Shown: positions 61,401 to 64,000 of the stretch, one piece after another
Position numbering within the stretch: position 1 is the stretch's first letter
How the letters are laid out: each line of letters starts with the position of its first letter
Assembly (NCBI GenBank): GCA_965203905.1
Contig: CBDBDQ010000005.1
Span: forward strand, 5,440,001-5,504,000
Source of the DNA: Spirochaetia bacterium
GTDB lineage: Bacteria; Spirochaetota; Spirochaetia; SZUA-6; Bin103
DNA: 64,000 nt
Reading direction: 5' to 3'
The notes under the pieces: generated by a model
The model's database searches: none
Told to the model about the DNA's origin: nothing
The model's input: the letters and a program-made list of their open reading frames with translations, nothing else
Position numbers and translations under genes: made by a program

Positions 61401-62180
61401 GCCATTGGCCTGTCGATGGCGGCCCTCGGGGTGCGTGGAACGCTGCTTGCGGCGTCCGACTCGGGCGGCTTTGACCTCAAGCTGAAGTCGGATGGCTTCC
61501 TGGCACGCGTGAACGCTGATGCAATCGCGGCTCTGCCTGCGGCGGAAGTGGACTCGAGCCGCGTGCGGCTGGTGATGGAAGGCGCGTACGAGGCGCACCT
61601 CGGCGATGGAAGCATGCTTGTTCCGATGGTGGAGACCGCAGTTCGCTACGACATCGGCCACGCGGAGGAGGGCTTCGGTGCAGAGGTCGGCGGTGGCGTA
61701 CGGTACTTGAAGCCGGAGTGGGGCTTGACCACGATGGCGCACGGACGCTTCCTGTTGGTGCATGAGAACAACGGTTACGGAGAGTGGGGCCTGCGCGCAT
61801 CGGCGCTGCTCAATCCGACTGGGTCACGATATGGCCTCTCGGCGGCATTGAGCTCTTCGTGGGGGGTGCCGGCAAGCGGTGTGCACCGTCTGTGGTCGGA
61901 CGTCATCCCCGTGCCGGCTGCAAGCGGACGAGCCGTGGCCAGTGGCCAGCTCGATGCGGAGGTCGGCTACGGCGTGAGTGTGCACGCGCTTGGCCGAGAA
62001 GGCGTGCTGACTCCCTTCGCGGGCCTGACGCTGGGTGGTGGGAACAGCCGTGGCTATCGGCTGGGCGGGCGACTGAACCTGACGCCATCGCTCAGCCTGA
62101 GCGTGCAAGGCGAACGCCGGGAAAGCGACGCCGCCGCACCAGCGCACGGCCTCGCGCTGAGCGGCTCACTGCGTTGGTAG
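43452..62180 (+). CDS. Giant (up to 6242 aa) surface protein: Ig-like + Fn3 + roughly 45-50 Calx-beta/Ig repeats + autotransporter-like beta-barrel; true start uncertain
   Basis: Single uninterrupted frame. Fn3 motif (W...Y.LE.S..G..W...GLDPGTTRHYRVKA), recurrent T.DGTA.AG.DY..SGTLTF..G..TI.V.T.DD..E..ETF units, WLSRFGRTVA helix, TAWGR/LGVDY barrel strands and terminal SLRW. Confidence 0.9.
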   Translation: MDSNQWIKMRIVINDTRERTSRRVRTPIAASLFGKKTASPVPHGAAADARDPLPGSSGAPDVFPDNTSRSPSGNYVAAHLPSPRIRSGNLWKYPRARALRALLMVAAFGAGHVVHAQPDAESGPPTASHAAFGGSGMAQLGSRPLPHVQLPDSTVPGSDLLRRALLTTGTAVSTTANPRIVEVSLDSDFGNRRWYPPRRRIAVAVKFDRPVRVSTFAGTPWIGLSLGTQPLGRASYVAGSGSKELIFHLVVADRNQDLDAVAVAANSLNLNGGLIRQRASLVDASLAHGAVAGRLDNAITRLETPFVTDLVAGADGPHHAVEGQPPSAEVIFGRDLALASGSVRTPLPGLDFQSEVRLARHPGAAPAGMAAAATPQAHVDQLRAAESVLAAARSYRVAPAGSEEAAASSNTLRAASSPPRTPFLSAFAYGQSRIALQWSNLRDNRVTEYMLEFSDDGETTWETLPYVDGEGTEHDTHPPATRPTSNKFDDDGLDPGTTRHYRVKALTSDPAVESEWSRVVSATTNSMVSVAECSAAFWSAEITVSEFGAFNYLGFRIDGGTPNGDGSISDGDFTLGATEYTVTEVYFSGGRGYYNSPPDYHFAADDDPSSDTDFSQAQLDEFNDLVLYVGDVRLPFAGVTAHSNQSYGHAYRWTSYNYEDTFGSPDGDYIVGDRVPVCLIDTSPRVTLKLTPDSISENGGASTVTATVSSASSTPFAVTVSAAAVSPATANDFTLSSNKVLSFAANATESTGTVTITARNNTLDAPDKTITVSGSVPDSAPAKAPADVTLAITDDEELTLSVTASPDTIAENGGTSTVTVSTGGVTFAIAQTIDLAYGGTAGSGTDYAAPPASLTLTAGQSTVTATLRARDDAIDDDAETIEITATYGGQTAQETVTITDDDAATLSVTANPDAIAEAGGTSTVTVSTGGVTFTTAQTITLTYAGTAGKGTDYEEPVASVPLPVGDHTATLTLTAKDDTVDDDGETIEITAEHGGQTAQDTVTITDDDETTLSVTAVPDAIAEAGGTSTVTVSTGGVTFATNQTIVLAYGGTAANGTDYEAPPATLTLTAGASTATLTLTAKDDTIDDDAETIEITATHGSNTARETVTITDDDAVRLSVTAVPDAIAEAGGTSTVTVSTGGVTFATNQTIALAYGGTAANGTDYEAPPATLTLTAGQSTATLTLTAKDDTIDDDAETVEITATHGSNTARETVTITDDDAVTVSIADADPVVEGGTARFVVSLSTSSTKQVTVTYMTADGTALQPGDYTAVPSTTLEFAPGDTTKTISVATEDDELDEEDGETFKVTLKSPVNATLEDDEAAGSIDDNDGEPELSLLSVTRSLSESGGSMTFTVTLSAASGKTVTVDYATVADTATAVDDYVETSGTLTFKPGAPLSSSILVPIQPDTLNEADETFKLRLSNADNATLDGGGSTLDATGTISDDDALRARISEHADSVPEGTAATFTVTLSSTPAGVESTADVVVVYTLGGTATSADYTAPSDLKLTIGSGESSGTITIPTSTDSVLDPGETIVVTLTSASTAGAVTVDATAATTTLVEDGTETVSVAAATATEGNAANFVVTLSGAVSSAVEVSYETSDGSAEAGSDYTGVNDTLTFRVGESLQQTIAVTTTDDTLNEATENFTLTLTSITQVAGLRLGTANATGEITDNDALEAEVSADATEVDEGNPATFTVSLTAGIESTAPVEVRYTVGGTAGSHDYTAPSGTLVIAKGESSGTITIAIDDDDVVDPGETLEVTLSAATTATRTVTVDTTAAASTTITDTDTATISIAEAAAVGEGETARFVVTLSLPVASAVEVSYESSDGTATAGSDYTRASGTLTFGPGKSLQQTIAVDATDDKLNEASEDFTLALTSITQVAGLSLGTASATGEITDNDALAARVSADATDVDEGSAAKFTVNLTAGIESTAPVEVRYTVGGTAGSDDYTAPSGTLVIAQGDASGTITIDIADDDVLDPDETIGVTLTSATTATRTVEVDTTEVASTTITDTDTAKISIADAGSVDEGDTARFEVTMSTAAARDVVLSYRTWDFSAQAGSDYRAKDDTLTLAAGTTSATIAVETIHDTHNEAAENFTVTLTLDTQVEGLSVENGSATAEITDNDALRAAISEHADNVPEGTAATFTVTLSSTPPGVASTTDVVVVYTVGGTATSDDYTAPSDLKLTIDSGEESGTIIIPTSTDSVLDPGETIVVTLTSASTAGAVTVDATAATTTLVEQGTETVSVAAATATEGAAANFVVTLSGAVSSVVEVSYETSDGSAEAGSDYTGVNGTLTFGVGESLQQTIAVDTTDDTLNEATESFTLTLTSITQLAGLSLGTASAAGEITDNDALAATVSADQSSVNEGDAAEFTVNLTAGITSTAPVEVSYTLGGTVGSADYTAPASPLTIAKGAASGTITIAVADDEVLDPGETLEVTLSAATTETRTVEVSATAASTTITDTDTATVAIANATVTEGDTARFAVTLSLPVASAVEVSYQTAQGSALPGTGNDYLTHSGTLIFRPGESLQHTIEVTTVEDELNEADEIFTVTLTLDSRVDGLTLETASATGTIEDDDAVPELALTSVTQRLAEGGGNMTFTVSLGAASSRIVTVDYAAVDGTATAEKDYAVTRGTLTFRPGENRQRSIEVTILDDDMDEDDETFALRLSNATNATLAGGGETLAATGTIEDDDVLQAAVKADALTVAESNPATFTVELTGGTSMAEVLVAYTVSGTATAGADYTAPGGILRITEGAASGTITIQTLADDLLDAGETLEVKLVSASSGTRPVIVDTTAVATTTIADTDTETVSISDAAAAEGDTASFDVTLSGAVASPVEVPYETSSGTGATDAGAGVDYTVTRGTLTFEPNGVREQSIRVATSEDSLNEANETFTVTLTSSGLPDGVSLGTASATGTINDDDPQEARVGANAVSVTEGGAATFAVTLTGGTSTADVEVAYTVGGTATAGTDYTAPGGTLTIAARANSGTITINTSTDSVVDPGETLEVQLTGATTATGTVTVDTTAATTTITEADEVTVSVADATKEEGAALSFTVEMSGAVATPVEVSWATSSESADTAVADTDYTAARGTLTFNPDQALTQTVTVTTDEDTLNEASETFTVTLTASDLPSGVSLGTATATGTITDDDPLQAAVESMTQNVPEGSPAKFTVTLTGGTSTADVVVAYSVTGTATAGTDYTAPGGRLTLAPRATSGTITIATSTDDILDPGETLVVTLDTATTAGAATVDSGTATATITQAGSVTLSVADAAAEEGEAVTFTVTLSGGAASAVKLSYQTASGTEATAADAASDYTAGTGTLTFNPSASLEQTIAVATTEDTLHEADETFTLTLTGVDLPAGVELGDATATGTIEDDDDQPTLALTSVTESLAEGGGSMTFTVSLDTATGKTATVDYTTVDGTAQAGNDKDYAATSGTLTFSPGGVRQRNVAVRVHQDDLDEDDETFQFELSNATAAALAGGGSTLAVTRTIVDDDVLAAAVTEVAQNVTEGNAAQFTVTVTGGTSTANVVVAYAVGGTATAGADYTAPSGTLTLTAGAATGTIAITTLTDQALDTGETLEVRLVSASTATRTVVIDATAAATTSIVDAGAVTVSVADATVVEGATASFTVELSAAVADPVEVTYETSSGSGAGDAAAGSDYPVTSGTLTFSQGGALEQTIRVPTTQDNLNEPSEIFKVTLEGPDLPAGVVLGDAEATGTITDDDPLRVTLRAEAQNVPEGEVASFTVTVRDNTSTADVVVDYTVAGTAEQDVDYTAPDGSLTIRQGKSSGTMAITTLTDDLLDPGETLEVTLTRATTAGRSVTVDTTAVTTTLAEQSTVTVSVRASTGGGGAVTAVEGEPMQFTVNLSGVAAIAVEVPYQTANGTAQAGVDYAATSGTLIFAPNETSKTVTVPTIEDQLNETDETLTLTLTEQGLPFGVDLETSSLTGTITDDDPLSVRVRAPSGSVTEGDPVTFMVELNGTSTANVVVSYTVTGTAAVGTDYTAPSGALTIWTPASSGTITIHTIDDHVLEADDNLSVTLISAASAGTVSVDDAAATATATIADNDEVTVSIRPRGSTSAGRSARAAQTAGGFTVQEGATMSFSVDLSGQIAAGVEVKIEYGTEDGTARANEDYHPSSGTLTFTHSDASKTVTVRTMEDQYNEAGETFALTIKLAPGNPPGVNLGIHAVTATIIDNDPLQATVRADDAVVREGESATFTVTIAPADVTSTADVLVEYQVTGTAISGSDYTAPAGRLTIGQGRSSGTLTIDTRRDSNPERDETLRVTLVRASSAGEVTVGATDAVTTITEDVEDVTVSAEDVSAPEGEAALLVVTLSDPVDQTVEVFYRTTGGSGARGAIEGTDYTGKSGTLIFDPGGTLRQTITVETTEDRLNEADETFDVNLVTQLGGPSVVTPAVAATIVDDDPLQATVRADDAVVGEGESATFTVTLGPADVTSTADVVVSYHVTGTATRGSDYPAPAGTLTIGRGMASGTITIATLPDTVLELDETLRVTLLQATSAGEVTVGAAAAVTTITDDDVTLSAEDVTVAEGTAAVFVVTLSHPVDQTVEVFYRTTGGSGARGAIEGTDYTGKSGTLTFDPGGTLRQTITVETIEDRLNEADEPFAMALSLVTPVGGLSVGTPVVVATIRDDDELQAVVRADKQVVREGEPATFTVTLGPADVTSTAEVVVEYQVTGTATSGSDYPAPAGNLTIGRGTARGTITIATLPDTVLEPDETLRVTLRQATSAGEVTVGAAAAVTTITDDDVTLSAEDVTVAEGTAAVFVVTLSDRVDQAVEVSYRTSMASGGVTAVVATDYTATSGTLTFDPGGTLRQTITVETIEDRLNEAHERFALRLNLVAQVGGVSVGTPVVAATILDDDELQAVVRADKQVVREGVSATFTVTLGPADVNSTADVLVEYQVTGTATSGSDYTAPAGNLTIGRGTARGTITIATRPDTVPELDETLRVTLLQATTTGEVTVSPAAAVTRITDDDVTLSAEDVKAREGAAAVFVVTLSDRVDQTVEVSYQTTGGSGTRGAVEGVDYQGRKGTLTFVPGGTLRQTIRVETTGDRLNEADEMFALRLEAHIAGLTVGTPVVVATILDDDALRAAVRADQQVVPEGEPATFTVTLSSTPPGATSTTEVVVDYVVAGSASSGIDYTAPAESLTIAAGAPSGTITIETVLDGEIEPAETLQIVLETARSAGEVMVDTTPATATTSEQAPLRAEVQALAGSVAEGESAQFRVTLSGGTSTSEVVVDYLVEGTATPDQDYTTPSGKLTIAAAAASDTITIETLHDLVLDPDETLTLRLASARSATRGVRVVTTPVTTTITDDGTVLVSVAGEPVLEGSLAYFEVALDGPVAAAVEVTYETKDGTAQAGADYTATNGVVTIPEGALGGTITVATSPDSLNEAAESFALQLTLRRDLSGLVLATDRVTGTITDDDPLTATVSAATGIIAEGESTTFEVTLTGGTSTADVEVDYTVGGTADAGNDYTPLSGTLTILAGAASGAITVDTYIDHIGGTIDPDETLVVTLDAARSAGEVMVDRTPATTTIARVSVSVAAATAQEGEPLRFVVTLAGEVTRAVAVSYGTSNGTAQAGKDYTAASGTLTFEPAALERAFTVTVATSQDELDEADETFILTLRDPVNAELGDDYRAPGTIIDDDAAPEMTIADAVAIERVGTMVFPVRLSTESGRQLAIQYHTEDVTTTAGEDYREVAQRTLTIEPGQTVAEIRIKVHNDSLDEADETFEVRLSEAQHVALADRAATGTIIDDDAPVAHVWLSRFGRTVATHVLNAVDDRLARTSSRSSQVTVAGRRLQPTAVAATPQEFVATPFRVMEGRELLNGSSFRLAVDYGNEESSASAATWTAWGRAAVTRLAGEEGEVDLKGNVITTALGVDYDWGPVLAGLALAYSGGGADYGVSRPKLELAAGDVGSWLISAHPYARVTVIDGLEVWGLLGYGLGMVTQVEDDEDDKDEAAIGLSMAALGVRGTLLAASDSGGFDLKLKSDGFLARVNADAIAALPAAEVDSSRVRLVMEGAYEAHLGDGSMLVPMVETAVRYDIGHAEEGFGAEVGGGVRYLKPEWGLTTMAHGRFLLVHENNGYGEWGLRASALLNPTGSRYGLSAALSSSWGVPASGVHRLWSDVIPVPAASGRAVASGQLDAEVGYGVSVHALGREGVLTPFAGLTLGGGNSRGYRLGGRLNLTPSLSLSVQGERRESDAAAPAHGLALSGSLRW
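45849..47120 (+). repeat. Four tandem 318-bp (106-aa) intragenic repeats
   Basis: CTGAGCGT anchors at 45849, 46167, 46485 and 46803; units 3 and 4 are nearly identical. Confidence 0.9.
47793..51180 (+). repeat. Two-domain units of about 678 bp with a higher-order 2034-bp duplication
   Basis: ATCAGCGAGCACGCCGAC at 47805 and 49839; GTGAGCGC.GA at 48486, 49164 and 50520. Confidence 0.85.
56040..58770 (+). repeat. Four tandem two-domain repeats of about 684 bp
   Basis: Unit starts at 56040, 56724, 57408 and 58092, with long identical stretches. Confidence 0.88.
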
Positions 62181-62188
62181 CGAGCCAG

Positions 62189-63256
62189 ATGGACAGAATT
62201 GGAGTCGGCTTTATCGGTGCCGGTCGCATTTCCGACCTGCACGCCATCGAATACCTCAGCAATCCGCACGCGACGATCGTCGCGCTGTGCGACCGGGAGT
62301 TGGCTCTCGCCGCGGCGCGCAGGAAGGCCTGGGGAGTGAAGGATGCGGTGATCAGCACCGACTATCACGAGGTCCTGGCGCTCGACCAGGTCGACCTGGT
62401 GGAGATTCTGCTTCCGCATAACCTGCATGTGGAGGCGGCCTTGGCGGCGTTGGCGGCGGGCAAGGCGGTCTCCCTGCAGAAGCCGATGGCGACCAGTCTG
62501 GAGGGCGCCGACCGTCTGGTCGCCGCCGCCGACCAGGCAGCGGTGCCGTTCCGCGTGTTCGAGAACTTCATCTTCTACCCGCCGGTCGTCAAGGCCAAGG
62601 CGTTGGTCGAGGCCGGCGCTATCGGCACGCCGCTGACCATCCGCATCAAGAGCAATCCCTGCAGCAGGGCATGCGCCTGGGAGGTGCCGGCCGGGGCCCA
62701 GGCGTGGCGCCAGGACCGCGCCCAGGCCGGCGGCGGGCCACTGGTGTTCGACGACGGCCACCACAAGTTCGCGTTGGCGTGGTACTTCATGGGACCGGCG
62801 GAGGAGGTGCACGCCTGGATCGACAGCACCACCGCGGCGGACGGCTACGTGTTCGACGCACCGGCGATGATCTCGTTCCGCTTTCCGCGAGGGCGCTACG
62901 GCAACCTGGAAGTGGTGTACTCTCCCGATCTGGAGATCGCCACCGAACACTACGCCCAGGACGATCGGGTGGAGATCACCGGAACCGGGGGCGTGCTGCA
63001 GATCAATCGCGGCCACGGCCAGCTCGGCGACGTGGTGCCAGTGCGCCTCTACCGCGATGGCGCGTGGACCGACTACCGCGACCAGGAAACCGGCTGGGAG
63101 CGGAGCTTCGTGCACGCCACCCGCCACGCCATCGAAGCGTTGCGGCGCGGCGCGCAGCCGCGGCTCAGCGGCCGCGAAGCCCGCGAGATCCTCGGTTTCG
63201 CCCTTGCCGCCGAGGAATCGGCACGGATAGGACGCGCCGTTGCTGTGAGTCCCTGA
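62189..63256 (+). CDS. Gfo/Idh/MocA-family oxidoreductase
   Basis: GFIGAGRI, PHNLH, QKPMA, GGGPLVFDDGHH; starts 8 nt after the giant gene. Confidence 0.9.
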   Translation: MDRIGVGFIGAGRISDLHAIEYLSNPHATIVALCDRELALAAARRKAWGVKDAVISTDYHEVLALDQVDLVEILLPHNLHVEAALAALAAGKAVSLQKPMATSLEGADRLVAAADQAAVPFRVFENFIFYPPVVKAKALVEAGAIGTPLTIRIKSNPCSRACAWEVPAGAQAWRQDRAQAGGGPLVFDDGHHKFALAWYFMGPAEEVHAWIDSTTAADGYVFDAPAMISFRFPRGRYGNLEVVYSPDLEIATEHYAQDDRVEITGTGGVLQINRGHGQLGDVVPVRLYRDGAWTDYRDQETGWERSFVHATRHAIEALRRGAQPRLSGREAREILGFALAAEESARIGRAVAVSP

Positions 63257-63263
63257 CCGGCGC

Positions 63264-63989
63264 CTACATGCGGAAGTCCTGTCCCAGGTAGAACTCGCGC
63301 GCCAACCGGTTCTCCAGCACCTCGTGGCGGGTGCCGCTGACCATGATCTCTCCGAGGCGGATGATGTAGCTGCGGTGGGTGATCTCCAGGGTGTCGCGCA
63401 CGTTGTGGTCGGTGAGCAGCACTCCGATGCCGGCTTCCGCCAGGCGTTTCACGATGCTCTTGATCTCGTGCACGGCGATCGGATCGACGCCGGCGAACGG
63501 CTCGTCCAGGAGCAGGAACTTGGGTTGCGCAGCCAGGGCGCGGGCGATCTCCGTACGGCGCCGTTCGCCGCCGGAGAGGGTATAGCCGGGTTGGCGGCGC
63601 AGCTCGCTCATGCCGAGTTCGTCGAGCAGTTCGTCGCAGCGCCGGCGCCGGTCCCGCCGCGTCATCCCACGTTGCGTCTCCAGCACCGCCAGCACGTTCT
63701 GCTCGACGCTGAGCTTGCGGAATATCGACGCTTCCTGCGGCAGGTAAGAGATGCCGCGACGGGCGCGCCGAAACATCGGCAGACGGGTGATGTCGAATCC
63801 GTCCAGATAAATCCGCCCCGAGGTGGCCCGGATGAAGCCCACGATCAGGTAGAATACCGTGGTCTTGCCGGCGCCATTGGGCCCGAGCAGCCCGACGATC
63901 TCGCCGGTACGCATGGAGAAGCTCACTTCACGAGCCGCGTACTTGCGCCCGTAGCGCTTGCTCAGTCCCTCGGCGCGCAGGGTCGGCAC
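63264..63989 (-). CDS. lptB: LPS export ABC transporter ATP-binding protein
   Basis: GLLGPNGAGKTT, YLPQEASIFRKL, LSGGERRR.EIAR, DEPFAGVDP, TDHNVR, YLGQDF. Confidence 0.95.
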   Translation of the reverse strand: MPTLRAEGLSKRYGRKYAAREVSFSMRTGEIVGLLGPNGAGKTTVFYLIVGFIRATSGRIYLDGFDITRLPMFRRARRGISYLPQEASIFRKLSVEQNVLAVLETQRGMTRRDRRRRCDELLDELGMSELRRQPGYTLSGGERRRTEIARALAAQPKFLLLDEPFAGVDPIAVHEIKSIVKRLAEAGIGVLLTDHNVRDTLEITHRSYIIRLGEIMVSGTRHEVLENRLAREFYLGQDFRM

Positions 63990-64000
63990 TGCCGCTGTGC

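Noticed and set aside
62161-62168. GCGGCTCA matching the tRNA-Lys 3' end as a possible attR
   Set aside because: Only 8 bp in GC-rich DNA and inside the adhesin coding sequence; expected by chance

Overview
High-GC bacterial window, most consistent with an uncultured Spirochaetota. This is inferred from comEC-rsmA adjacency and an 'AFAGG..E' lipoprotein-like binding-protein N-terminus. The gene content (sulfatase, PhyH dioxygenase, CehA/McbA hydrolase, giant Calx-beta/Fn3 protein) resembles sponge or other marine-host symbionts. Bases 1-9026 are core-like: a serine-palmitoyltransferase-like/fabZ/acyl-CoA ligase operon, TlpA, CAAX protease, comEC, rsmA, dapB-dapA, tyrA and tRNA-Lys(UUU). From the tRNA 3' end to lptB (63264) lies about 54 kb of accessory DNA with no integrase. 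It holds two TA modules, two paralogous Na+/Pi-cotransporter genes sharing a conserved sigma54 promoter and enhancer architecture, sugar and sulfate catabolic enzymes, and two ABC systems without ATPases. It also holds several pseudogenes (GH32, HNH, AlbA_2-HATPase-TPR, and an unannotated GH13 relic), an AT-rich TM-JAB/MPN ORF, a candidate sigma28-driven small RNA, and an 18.7-kb Calx-beta repeat autotransporter-like gene with hierarchical internal duplications. All calls are from motif reading only; no searches were run.
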